Of a DNA stretch of 64,000 nucleotides, positions 51,881-64,000 are shown one piece after another. Location of the stretch: contig NC_086108.1 in assembly GCF_963921235.1 (NCBI RefSeq), positions 13,206,001-13,270,000 of the forward strand, given 5' to 3'. The first letter of the stretch is position 1. Each line of letters starts with the position of its first letter. Below the pieces are notes generated by a model that was not told where the DNA came from, ran no database searches, and saw nothing but the letters and a program-made list of their open reading frames with translations. This DNA comes from Mobula hypostoma. Its lineage: Eukaryota. A program made the translations under genes and the position numbers.

Positions 51881-53844
51881 ACATGCATGATAGACAAAAG
51901 AGATGTAATTCACTTAGATTTTCATAAGGCCTTTGACAAGATTGCGCACGAGGCTACTAAACAAGATGTTACAGGAAATATACTAACATGGATAGATTGG
52001 CTGATGGGCAGGAGGTAAAGAATGGGAATAAAGGGACCTTTGCTGGTTGACCACCAATGCTTGTACTCGCTAAGTTTAGAAGACTGATGGTTGACCCAAT
52101 CAAAACCTATTAAATGGCGAAAGGACTCGATAGAGTGGATATGGAGAGGATGTTTCCTATGGTGGGATTCTCTAGAACCACAGGGTACAGCCTTAGAATA
52201 GAAGGACGTCCATTTAGACCAGATATAAGAGAAGTTTCTTTAGCCAGAAAGTGGTGAATCTGTGGAACTAATTGCCACAGATAGCTGAAGGAAACACTCT
52301 GAGTACAGATAAAGAGGAGATTGGTGGGTTATTGATTAATACGGGTGTCAAAGATTACAGATAAAAGGCAGGAGAATGGCTTTTGGAGGGACAAATCAAT
52401 CAGCCTTGATGGGCCAAATGTCCTAATTCTGCTCTCATGTCTTTGTATTATGGTATAGAGGTGGGAGGGCGTAGAGCTGGGGAGGTAGTGCAAGTGCAGG
52501 TGCAGGTAAGAGCAGATGTTCGGGGAGGTGTGGGAGAAGCAGCCAGGCTGCTCTCAGCAGTACAGGTTAGGGTTAGGGTTGCAAGCACCTCCCTCCTTGC
52601 TTACAACCCGGAGCTCCGCCCTGGGACCCATGCCTTGCCGCACGGCCATTTGAAGGCACCTCATGCTCTCACTGTATTCTGCCCTGAGCTGGCTACGCAC
52701 ACACAGTGCCACTTCCCACCTGAGGCAGCCGTGCACTTGCCATGCTGCTGTACAATTCAATACAGAGACCAGAAGCTGCTCTGATGGATGAGGGCCTCTT
52801 CCTGAATCTTGTGTGGGTTCTCAGAGTTGCAGTGCAGGCCACGGACTGACAAAATGCATCAGATATGGCAATTGCTGGAATCTGCCAGAAGAGCTGAGTG
52901 GGTCAGCCAGTGCCAATGCCGCTTCTGCACTGCCAACTCCCTTTACGGACAGCGGCTGTGGAGAAGTTTTCCTTCTCTCTCTCTCTCTCTGGCAGGAGTT
53001 TTGTGAGACCCTTCTCGCTGTTCCCTCTGTCATTTCTGATTCAGATTTCTCTATCACATGTAGATTGAAACGTACAGTGAAATGCACTGTTTTGATGTCT
53101 GCTCCAATGACAAAAGGAAAGATTAGGAGCTCTACCAAGGACTGAATGCAGGCATTTGGTTACTCCAGTGTAGAAGTGACCATAGTGTGAGGACAAAGCA
53201 GTGAACTTGATTGGAAATCGTGTGGCTGAATCACTGCTTCATCTGGAAAGAATGTCCAGGCCCATGGACTGGAGTCAGAAAGAGGCAAGAGCCATAGAAT
53301 ACAGTATCAGGCCCTTTGGCCCATCCAGTCAATGCTGGCCAGTTTCTCTGCCAATACCCATTTACCCGCACCCAGACAATTGCCCTCCATACCCCACTCA
53401 TGCAGGTACCTACCCAAACTTCTCTTAAATATTGCAATTGAAACCATATTCAACTCCACTGGCAGCTCTTTCCAAAAATCACACCACCCTCTGTGTGAAG
53501 ATGCCTCTTAAACATTTCACCTTTCACTCTAAAACTATAACCTCCAGTTCTAGCCTTATCCAACCTCAAGGGAAAGAACTTGCATGTATTTATCCTATCT
53601 TTAAGATTTTTCCTCATTCTCCCACTGTTCGGGGAATAAAGTGCTAACCTATTCAACATCTTCCTATAATTCAGGTCCTCAAGTCCTGGCAAAATCTTCG
53701 TAAATTTTTTCTGCACACTTTCAAGCTTAGTAGTAACTTTCCTGCAGGTGGTTATCAGAAATACACACGATATTCCAAAGTCAGCCTTACTTATACAGTC
53801 TTATACAACCTCAATAACATTTCAACCCTAGACAGTAGACACTA

Positions 53845-54258
53845 TCATCGTGGCTATCCCTCAAGGTCGAGGATGATGGTCTTCGTTCTGAAGAAGTGGC
53901 CCACAGAGTGAAGACACCTGTGCGTGTATTTGTTTAACATGAACTTGATGTTGCACTCCAAGATGCACACTATACTTCACAAATTAACCAACTAATTCCA
54001 ATGGCATGGAAACCATGACGATTGGAGATGATGGATTTGTTGCAGCCTTCATCCCCCTTCACAGCCGTTGAGTTTGAAGTAACTTTGCATGCCTGTTCCA
54101 CCATTGAGGTCTTGGTTGGATTGTTCTTTGTCAGGGACCTCACCCTCGACCTTACCGCCATGGGTGACCCTACCAGGAGCATAGCTCCAGATGGCATCGC
54201 TCTCGGGATCACAGGACCACACAAGCTTCTCCACCACGACAAGGTGACAATCCACAGA
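53845..54258 (-). mobile_element. Short non-autonomous RTE derivative (Expander/Rex3/BovB-like 5' UTR joined to a short tail)
   Basis: Minus strand begins CACCTTGTCGTGGTGGAG...GGAGCTATGC..CTGGTAGGGTCACCC, resembling recalled RTE 5' ends. No coding region. Confidence 0.55.
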
Positions 54259-54269
54259 GAAGAGACACT

Positions 54270-55515
54270 AGAATACTACAGCACAGTACAGGCCCTTCGG
54301 CCCTCGATGTTGTGCCCACCCATATATTCCTTTAAAAAAAGTACTAAACGCACACTACCCCGTAACCCTCTTTCATTCATCCATGTGCCTGTCCAAGAGG
54401 CTCTTAAATACCCCTAATGTTTTAGCCTCCACCACCATCCCTGGCAAGTCATTCCAGGCACCCACAACCCTCTGTGTGAAAAACTTACCCCTAATGTCTC
54501 CCCTAAACTTCCCTCCCTTAACTTTGTACATATGCCCTCTGGTGTTTGCTATTCGTGCCCTGGGAAACAGGTAATGGTACTGGTTATCCACTAGTTATGC
54601 CTCTCATAATCTTGTAGACCTCTATCAGTCCCCTCTCATCCTTCTACACTCCAAAGAGGAAAGTCCCAGCTCTGCTAACCTTGCCTCATAAGACTTGTTT
54701 TCCAATCCAGGCAACATCCTGGTAAATCTCCTCTGCACCCTTTCCATAGCTTCCACATTCTTCCTATAACTATAATGAGGTGACCAGAAATGAACACAAC
54801 ACTCTAAGAGTGGTCTCACCAGAGATTTGTAGAGTTGCAACATGACCTCTCAACTCTTGAAACTCAATCCCCCTATTAATGAAGCCTAGCATCCCATAGG
54901 CCTTCTTAACTATCCTATCAACCAATGCAGCAACCTTGAGGGATGTATGGATTTGAACCCCAAGGTCCCTTTGTTTATCCACACTCTTAAGTAACCGACC
55001 ATTAACCCCTGTACTTAGCCTTCTGGTTTGTCCTTCCAAAATGCATCACCTCACACTTATCTGGATTGAACTCCATCTACCACTTTTCTGCCCAACTCTG
55101 TATCCTGTCTATATCCTTTTGTAACCTTCAACAACCTACAGCTCCATCCACAACTCCTCCAATCTTCGTGGCATCCGCAAACTTACTCACCCATCTTTCC
55201 GCCTCTTCATCCAGGTCATTTATAAAAATCACAAAGAGCAGAGGTCCCAGGACAGATCCTTGCAGCACTCCACTAGTCACCGACCTCCAGGCAGAATACT
55301 TTCCTTCCACTACTACCCTCTGCTTTCTTCCTGTAAGCCAATTTTTTTATCCAAACAGCCAAGGTTCCACTGATCCCATGCCTCATGACCTTCTGGATGA
55401 GTCTCTTGCGGGGGACCTTGTCAAGTGCCTTGCTAAAATCCATGTAGACCACATCGACCACCCTACCCTCATCAATTTCTTTTGTTACCTCTTCAAAAAA
55501 CTCAATTAGGCTCCT
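54270..55515 (-). mobile_element. CR1 LINE RT / 3' fragment
   Basis: ORFs 54373-54591, 54625-54843, 54770-55039 and 55128-55461. Confidence 0.9.
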
Positions 55516-55879
55516 GTACTCAATGCTCTGATTTATGTAGGCTGTTGAAATTGTTTGTCTTTATGCTTTTAATTAGATTTTAGTTGAATTAGTGTTTTAG
55601 TAATTGCAGTTTGCTACCCTTTTTTAAATTCGTACATTTTCACAATGTGTGGTCTGTGTCTCCACCCACTGGCAGATGAAAGGTATAGCAGTTACATAAC
55701 AATTTATCAATTTTTTCATTTGCTAATTATTAGCACAACACAGGTGCTGTGATTGTGTATCTTTTAATTGGTCCTTTATTTATCTCAGGAATCTGTCCTG
55801 AGTATAAAAATACCAGGCTCTGCATAATCGCCATCTTCTGTTTCTTTGTCTCCTCTTAGTTTCATATGCTCTGTATGTT

Positions 55880-56114
55880 TGGGGAGTGAACGTCGACTCA
55901 GACCATGAGAGGCCTGCGTCGGGCATTTTCATGTCTTACAAGGCACAGATTGCAAGTCTGTGTGAGGCGCCACTCCTCACACAAACACTGCAGCAATGTG
56001 TGGTTACGTGCCTTGCTCAAGGACACAAACATCCTGCCACAGCTGAGGCTCGAACTAGTGACCTTCAGATCACTAGTCAAACGCCTTAACCTCTTGGCCA
56101 CGTGCCCAACATAA
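55880..56114 (-). mobile_element. tRNA-derived CORE-like SINE inserted in the ERV LTR
   Basis: Head GTGGCCAAGAGGTTAAGG..GTTCGAGCC and core GTGTCCTTGAGCAAGGCAC. 8-bp TSD TGTATGTT (55872-55879, 56115-56122). Confidence 0.75.
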
Positions 56115-56421
56115 TGTATGTTCGTTTGCTTTTAAATTTTAAAATAAACAATCATGAAGCAAAATATTTCCAGTCATTCTTGGACTACTAAAAGAATCTG
56201 GGGATTGGAATAATTACCAGACCCCACAATTTTGGTGTAGTCGGCAGGATGGTTATTAAAAAGACAGAATTCCTTGGACGAAGAAGGAAGTATTAGTGCA
56301 CATTTAACAGGAGGAAAGAACTTCCTCAATTCCCGAATCGTCAGAGAAATCGTCAGATTCCCTTTCAGACAAACATCTAAAGGAAGTTTAGATTGAGAAG
56401 AAAACGATATTCTACTTTCAC

Positions 56422-57535
56422 AAACATGAGAAAATCTGCAGATGCTGATCTGCACCAGAAAAATTCAGCAAGTCAGGCAGTATCTACGGAAAAGTCATTA
56501 TGGGCCGAGACCCTTCTTCAGGACTGAAAAGGAAGGGGTAAGATGCCAGAATAAAACAGTAGGGGAGGGGCAAGAAGCTGGATGGAAGGTGATAAGTGAT
56601 GCCAGGTGGGTGGGAAGGTTCAAGGGCTGGAGAAGAAAGAAACTGAGAGTAGACCATAGGAGACAGGGGAGGAGGAGGGGACCCAAGGCAATGTAATGGG
56701 CAGCTGAGATTTGAAAGGTCCTAGTGGGGAATAGAGGAGGGAGGGTGAGCTTGTTCACTGGAAGGAGAAATCGATTTTTATGCCATCAAGTTGGAAGATA
56801 CCCAGATAGAATATACGGTGTTGCTCCTCCACCCTGAGGGTGGCCTCAGCTTGGCACAAGACGCCATGATCAACGTGTCAGCATGGGAATGGAAATCAGA
56901 AGTAAAATGTTTGGCCACTGGGAAGACCCATTTGTGACAGATGGTACGGATGTGTTCGACAAAACAGTCCTCTAATATTCAACGGGCCTCGTCAACATAG
57001 AAGATGCCACATTAGGAGCAACATACACCACAGACAGCCCCAGCAGATTCGCAGTTGAAGTATTGCCTCACCTGGTAGAACAGTTTGGTACCCTTAATGG
57101 AGGGGAGGGAAAAAGTGTATGTGCAGGTGGAGCATTTAGGCCCTTACAGGGAGAAACGCCTAATGGGAAGTTAGTGGGGAGGGCCAAATGGACAATGGAA
57201 TCTCAGAGGGAGCAATCCCTGTGGAAAGTGGTGGTGGGGGGCACATATGTTTACTGTTAGGATCCCATTGGAGATGCCAGAAGCTGCAGTGTATAATGTA
57301 TTGGTTACAGAGGCTGATGAAGTGGTAGGAAAAGACAAGAGGGAACCTATACTATTACGGCAGCGGGATGATGGAGTGAGCGTGGATGTATGGGAAATTG
57401 AGGAGATGCGGGTGAGAGCAGCATCAATAGCAGAGAGAGAAAAGCCCCATTCTTTAAAGGAGGAGGACATCTCTGATGTCCTGAAATGGAAATCTGCATT
57501 CTGGGAACAGACACGGTGGAGGCAAGGAAATTCTA
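56422..57535 (-). mobile_element. Decayed Penelope-like fragment nested in the ERV leader
   Basis: FPCLHRVCSQNADFHFRTSEMSSSFKEWGF and a PLE 3' terminus. Confidence 0.8.
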
Positions 57536-60500
57536 CTTCATTATGTGTGGAAGATCCATGGTAAATATTCTGGGTTGCAAGTCTGTGCTGGTCAGTAACC
57601 TGTATTTGGATTATAACTCCATAATAATATTGTCCAATAATTGTGAATGACATATAAAGCGAAGAGTACTCATTAAGTTCGAACTTAAAACAACGGCCAA
57701 AGTTGTGAAAAGATGGATGGAGTAAGATTCATAAAATGCTGTCAAGAAATAAAAAATTCTGTCTGTAACTTGTAAACATGCTTAGCTACAAGGCCAGGCA
57801 AAAGAATTTAGCTCTGAACATGCTGAATTAGAAAACCAGTGAAATAAAGCAAGCATAATTTAACTAATCATAAGGAAGAAATATGTAACATGCTGAAGGA
57901 ACTGTATGATAGAAAAAGTAAAAACGTTAATGAACTAATCTATTTGTTAACTGAGCGTGTTGCCCTTAATGTATCCCATCGAGTTCCTTGATGACCGTCT
58001 CAAGTTAGAAGGCAGTCTGAAACAAACTTGTACTGAGCAGCAACAACCTTCAGTGGGCAGTTCTCTAACCCAGTAGGTGGCATTAACAGTGATGCCATTC
58101 ATGTTGGAATGAAGCATGGACACTGACTAGTCCCCCACAAACAGCACCACCTAGAGAACTCCCACGGAACTGCAAAATGACTATAACACTGACCCAGGGA
58201 CTTCTAGTGCTGTAGTGATGAGGTAACTTGTCTGGCAGCAATGACATAACTGGCCCTAATAAAATCTAAAGGAGTGGAACCACACAAGAATGAAAATTGA
58301 GATTATGAAAGGAGACAGAAGGTTTACCATCAACCACCACTCCCAAGAAAAATTGACAAACTGGACCATTTGTCCAAAGAAATTCCACATCCTTAAAAAG
58401 GAAGCTTAAAGACGTGGGTGGAACTTCAACAAATTGCATCCATATAATGGCATCCAAATCTTAACTACCATGCTGTCATCTCTCAGCAAATAAGACAGTT
58501 AACATGTTGAGCTGAAGATATTATAGCAGAGGATAAACAGATTGATGGAGGAAAGTGATTGACTGCAAACAAAAGGCTTCAAAGGATGTTTCTATTGGAC
58601 AGATTGGATCAGCTACTCACGAGATAACAGAAGGTAACATAGAAGAATCAGCATATGGCCCCCCTCAAGTTGACCTTCATGAATGGCTTGAAACCAGATA
58701 TTGCCAAAATGGTGAAGCTAATGAAGGAAATTTGAATTAAACTGCAGTTATTAACAGTTAGCTGCTGCAAACTGCCAAATCAGTGGAACGAGATATCAAA
58801 GTCCGAATACGATCAGTACATATGAACCAACTGGGGAGGAGGGAGGGAGGGATATATAGATTGAGGTTCAAGTGCTCCATGTTCTTGAGGCACCTCATTG
58901 CATCATTCAACGAGCAAATCCAGCTACAACGTTGCCAGTGGACACGGAAAGACTATGATGATCATGACTGTCCAAGAACAGTCATATGCCTAGAAGGTGC
59001 AAATCACCATAAAGAAGTGCCATTGTTGAACCCAGATCTGATTCTGTACAATGGGTAGCTCCTCAACCATCGAGGAAGGAATCTGAATGCCTGGTTGGGC
59101 TGCTGTCACAGAAAATGAAATGATAGCCTCAGGAAGCAGCTCCTGGTATCTCTGCACCACCAGGCAGAACTGAAAGCTTTGATTGAAGCCTGTAATCTGG
59201 CAGAAGGAAGATGAGCTAACATCTACACTGATTCTCCATATGCTTTTGGAGTCGTTCATGACTTTGGAAACTTAAAGGGACAGAGAATTTCTTACAATCA
59301 ATAATCCCCAAATAGTAGGAGAACAGAAGTCATACAATGACCATCAAAAGGTGCTGTAAAGGTCACTCCAAAATGACCACAATGAAAAGGAATAAAGAAA
59401 ATAGAATTAGAGAAAAACCTGATAACTGAAACTATGGAAATCAAATTAAACTCTGTATCACAGTGGAACAGACAAGATATTTGAGAAAAACAGAATCAAT
59501 GCTCAGAACCAAGAAAAGTGGTCCTGGATGGAAAATGGTAGTTTATTAAACGACGATGGAGCATGGAGATACAGCACTGGTCATAGACTAGTGGCCCCAA
59601 CTGATCTGCTTCCTTATCTGACATAGCAGATACACTTCCTAGGACACATCAGAGTGAAAAAGATTACAGTTTCTCAAAAATGGTGGTGGAATCCAAATTC
59701 ATGTTGCAAGCATGACAAACAGTTCAGAGACATATGACATGCCAGAAAACAAACTCTGGATCAGTGGACAATCTACCTCAACTTAGTACTCCTGCCCCAC
59801 CTGGTCCGTTTCAACATCTACAAGTGGACTACATTACTTCACCTAGGTGCCAAAGATATTCAGATGGCTTAGTAACAGTGGACACATTTTCAAGATGGGT
59901 GGAAGGCATCCTGGCAGGGAAAGCACAACCAAAACTCTGATTAAGGATTAAATTCCTCGATGGCGTTTGCCATGCCACATTGACTCTGACCAAGGAACAC
60001 ATTTCACTGGAAGTGTTTGTCAAGAATTATGTTCATTGATGCGCACTAAATCATCTTTTTATTACCCACATCATCCAGAGTCAGTAGTAAGATTGAATGG
60101 CATCATCAAACAACAGCTAATTAGCTATCACGAGGAAGGTGTACCATGGCCTACAGCTCTCCCTTTGGTTTTATGCAGCATCAGGGCAACCCCAAACAAG
60201 AAAACAAAATTGAGTCCATTTGAAATGGTGACGGGGTGACCTGGAGCTCTTGATCTCTGATTGTGCTGATTGAAATGACTCCCAATGTATACTTATGGGT
60301 ACCACACAAATATGCTGTTAATGGTTCGAGTTGTTGGGTGTGTTAATACATTTCACATACCTTAAAGTGTTCACCATAAAGTTGTCCTGCAGTTCCAGAA
60401 CAAGTATGTTCGTTTTCCATTAAACATCTCAGCGATGGTGATGTAGGAACTTTACCTGTGTCCATCATTCTGACAAGGGACAGGAGTACATAATGGTCAT

Positions 60501-61019
60501 ATCCCCACATATCGTCTTAAACCACGTGATTTATGTGAATACAGTACCACCAACATGTTTAAAGACACGACACATCTGACTCGATCCATATTATAGCCCA
60601 AGACATAACCATCTGTTCAAGACATAGCTATCCAATCTTATCATGAAAAGGTACCATTCCAGTAAGACACAGCTCATATAACCGTACCCTACATTACCCT
60701 AAATGCAGTAACAAAGCTGCATTTTTTAATTGAGAACCAGAAGAACAACACACTGTGATATAATCAGAAATGGTCCAAGTTCATGGAACAACATGTCTTT
60801 CCTGTGCAGTAGTGCTGACACATCACTCCCACGTAATTGGTTGGTACGCTTTCCTTGCCATGAGACAGACAGACACACATCTACCTGACTTGTACCTCCT
60901 GAGTCTAGATGTAAACGAGGCATTTCAGAAGAACTCTTTGCAGCTATCCTAATTTCCGTTCTAAGGTGTTGCAAGGAGTGAAGAAAGATTATAAAAATTT
61001 CCCAAACGTTAGAAAAAGT

Positions 61020-62625
61020 GAGCAATAGACAATAGGTGCAGGAGTAGGCCATTCGGCCCTTCTAGCCAGCACCGCCATTCACTGTGATCATGGCTGATCA
61101 TCCACAATCAGTACCCCGTTCCTGCCTTCTCCCCGTGTCCCTTGACTCCGCAATCTTTAAGAGCTTTACCTAACTCTCTCTTGAAAGCATCCAGAGAATT
61201 AGCCTCCACTGCCTTCTGAGGTAGAGCATTCCACAGATCCACAACCCTCTGGGTGAAAAAGTTTTTCCTCAACTCCGTTCTAAATGGCCTACCCCTTATT
61301 CTTAAAACTGTGGCCTCTGGTTCTGGACTCATCCATCAGTGGGGACATGCTTCCTGCCTCCAGCGTGTCCAATCCCTTAATAACCTAAACAACAGGAATT
61401 CTGCAGATGCTGGAAATTCAAGCAACTTTGATGTGTGTTCCCTTAATAACCTTATATGTTTCAATCAGATCCCCTCTCATCTTCTAAATTCCAGTGTATA
61501 CAAGCCCAGTCGCTCCAATCTTTTAACATACGACAGTCCCGCCATCCCGGGAATTAACCTTGTGAACCTATGCTGCACTCCCTCAATAGCAAGAACGTCC
61601 TTCCTCAAATTTGGAGATCAAAACTACACACAATACTCCAGGTGTGGTCTCACCAGGGCCCTGTACAGCTGCAGAAGGACCTCTTTTGATAAAGTTTCTC
61701 AGATTCCTGTAATCAATGACTTAAGTACTATGTCTGTGACTGCAGTGTGCTTGAATAATGTCACACAGCTGCCTTCTTTGGAGCAAGATGATTGAAGTTC
61801 GCCCAGATCCACATGGATGTCTCTGGGCTTTTCACACCTTTTAATTTTTAACAAAAAGCAGTACCTCATGGAAATTAGGCAGAACATTCCTTTCTTAATT
61901 AAAGCATAAATTTGATGGATGTTCTTATCTTTGTCATTAAGTTGTGGCTCCAGCAAACCAGGTAGGACATTCCCTTTTTGTTAGTCCATTGACTTGACTG
62001 GAATGGTTATCAAACTGATCGTTCTTTTGTATCGGTGGCCTTATAACTTCTGACAATTCTGACCTCGGGCAGTGAACTTGTAGAACCACCAGGAAGATGA
62101 GGAAGGGTCTCTCCCTGATGTCGGGTCCAAGTTCACTCGCCGGCTGAGCTCAAAGAAATAAACGGGGAAAAAGATAAGTAACGACCTTTTTGTGCTGTCG
62201 TTATTTGATCCAGCAAAGTTACGTTTACACATTGCTCCTATACTCAATTCCCCTTGTTATAAAGGCCAGCATGCCATTAGCTTTCTTCACTGCCTGCTTG
62301 CTTTCAGTGACTGATGTACAAGGACACCTAGATCTTGTTGTACTTCTCCTTTTCCTAACGTGACTCCATTTAGATAATAATCTGCCTTCTTGTTCTTACC
62401 AGATTGGATAACCTCACATTTATCCATATTAAACTGCATCTGCCATGCATCCGCCCACTCACCCAGCCTGTCCAAGTCACTCTGTATTCTCATAACATCC
62501 TCCTCACATTTCACACTGCCACCCAGCTTTGTGTCATCTGCAAATTTGCTTATGTTACTTTTAATCCCTTCATCTAAATCATTAATGTATATTGTAAACA
62601 GCTGCGGTCCCAGCACTGAACCCAG
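61020..62625 (-). mobile_element. CR1 LINE RT / 3' fragment nested in ERV env, itself carrying two insertions
   Basis: ORFs 62287-62628 (GSVLGP, FADD) and 61108-61332. Confidence 0.88.
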
Positions 62626-62864
62626 CAATGACCCAAGTTAACAACAGAAATGAATGCCATCTGCAAAAATGGCTCTTCTGTATCATATGGCATTAGATTG
62701 TCTCTTAGCAGTAAAAAAAAAGGTGGGGGGAACATCTACAGTTATAGGTAAGAATGTTACATATACATAGCTGACAACCTCGAATACATAATTACTCAAT
62801 AAGACGTAATAGTCATATTAATATGCATGATCATAATCTGTATTTTTTGTGTTTGTTTTAAAGC

Positions 62865-63470
62865 AATTATCACGAGAATAATCCAAAGTCGTACAGGGAA
62901 TTTTTAAAAGCACTATGTACACCCAAAAGCACGAAGATTAACACCACCCAAGACAGCAGGAGGAAGAGGAATAACTGACATAAAACATTTACACAGCAGT
63001 CAGATAAAACTTCACAGGATATACTTTCATCAATGAAAACAGTGTTCAGCACTTCACGTGAGCAAATGCAATTCTGAGAAGAAGCACACACCACTGAGCT
63101 TAAATGAAAGCACAACGCAGAAAAATGAAGAAATTATCACTATAGAATAAAAAGTTAATCAACGGAAGAGCATGATACTGCATGGAAAACATCCCCACAA
63201 TCTGAGCAGATGTTGACAGGAAAGCATTGAATGCCTCTTCCCAGAAAACGTGGGATTCCTTCTGGAAATATAGGACCAGGTGGTTAACATAACAAAATAT
63301 CAAACTTATATAAAAGACAATAAATGCAGAAAATGCCAAGAGAAACCTGAAACAATTAGACACATTATGGGATCCTGCAGCAGTTAACTCAATCTGATTA
63401 TGTACACAGGCACAATCAAGTGGCAAAAATCATTCATCAAGATCTTGCTAAAAACACTAAAAACTCACTA
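62865..63470 (+). mobile_element. Restriction-like-endonuclease non-LTR retrotransposon remnant (R4/Dong/Rex6-like)
   Basis: 63325-63455 reads CRKCQEKPETIRHIMGSC, then after a frameshift TQSDYVHRHNQVAKIIHQDLAK: CCHC knuckle plus RHN motif. Confidence 0.8.
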
Positions 63471-64000
63471 AAGAAATCACTCCTTTTGATAACTGTAAAA
63501 CTGGACTATGGGAAGGAACGGTTTCTTTAGTGAGGCCTCTCTGAGATCCCATGGTTCTGCTCCAACTATTGCTTCTCCATTCTGCTTTCAGACTTTAGAG
63601 GACAGTGGTCTATTCCGACAACCTTTTAGAAGCAGTAAAAATTATCCATAATGCTGAAATGAGCAGGGAATAAGGTGAGCTACCAATGTCATTCTTCCTC
63701 AGCCCAGAGATTCGAGGTATAAAGAACATAAGACATAAATGCAGTCAGCTCCTCTTCAGTCTGCAGAAGGTCATGCAGGAAACCTCTTCACCCAGAGCGG
63801 TGCCTGTTTGGAACAGCTGAGACAGAACTGTTGTGAAACAGGAACACTGGCAGGGACCAGCTAGGCAGAGTTGACTCCTTACTGTACACAAGGTATGTCT
63901 GACATTCACTGGGTACCTGGGACAGAGTTTAGAATACAACTGATTTATTTGTCACAGATCGAGAATAAACTCCAGTCCCATTAAAGGCAGAAGAAACTCC

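Larger units (their letters stand above)
55543..62860 (+). mobile_element. Decayed endogenous retrovirus (epsilon/gamma-like): 5' LTR, tRNA-Ser PBS, gag remnant, RNase H, integrase, env TM
   Basis: LTR 55543-56228 (TG..CA, TATAAA 55803, AATAAA 56143). PBS at 56233-56250. AELKALIEAC..NIYTDSPYAFGVVHDFG at ~59165-59270. GPFQHLQVDY, IDSDQGTHFTG and LSPFEMVTG at 59800-60240. EMNAI..MALD.LLA...GG...IG.ECY.YIADN at ~62640-62780. Confidence 0.88.

Noticed and set aside
52565..52580. TTAGGG repeats
   Set aside because: Only about two copies; expected by chance and not an interstitial telomere.
52460..52990. Unique, moderately GC-rich stretch with short ORFs on both strands, as a possible exon of a neighbouring gene
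   Set aside because: No recognisable protein motif or consistent splice-site pair.
63480..64000. Possible plus-strand exon (ttcag|...|GTGAGC) or gene at the right edge
   Set aside because: Stops in all three frames and no recognisable homology; cannot be supported.

Overview
Repeat-dense vertebrate genomic DNA. The repeat content (CR1/HER1-type LINEs, V-SINEs, abundant Penelope-like elements) suggests a cartilaginous fish, probably a ray; this is inference. One host gene is supported: the first eight coding exons of SHKBP1 (BTB + WD40, KCTD3 paralogue) on the minus strand. Its ATG is at 29680, the last exon found is 3269-3359, and the gene continues past the left edge. All splice junctions are GT-AG and in phase. 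Most of the remaining sequence is mobile DNA, often nested. It includes CR1 LINEs (two near-complete ORF2s) and Neptune-type Penelope-like elements (RT + GIY-YIG) carrying minimal hammerhead ribozymes and fold-back ends. There is a full-length Gmr1-like Gypsy LTR retrotransposon (42008-50456, integrase before RT, tRNA-Pro PBS, CAAT TSD). There is also a decayed env-bearing endogenous retrovirus with a tRNA-Ser PBS (55543-~62860) and a related solo LTR. Smaller items are Rex1/Babar, RTE, R4-clade and hAT remnants, SINEs, a 44-bp minisatellite and a ~136-bp-arm palindrome just inside SHKBP1 intron 2. No convincing wholly new system was found; the best leads are the PLE fold-back/ribozyme series, the ERV and the intron-2 palindrome. 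Boundaries of decayed repeats are approximate.
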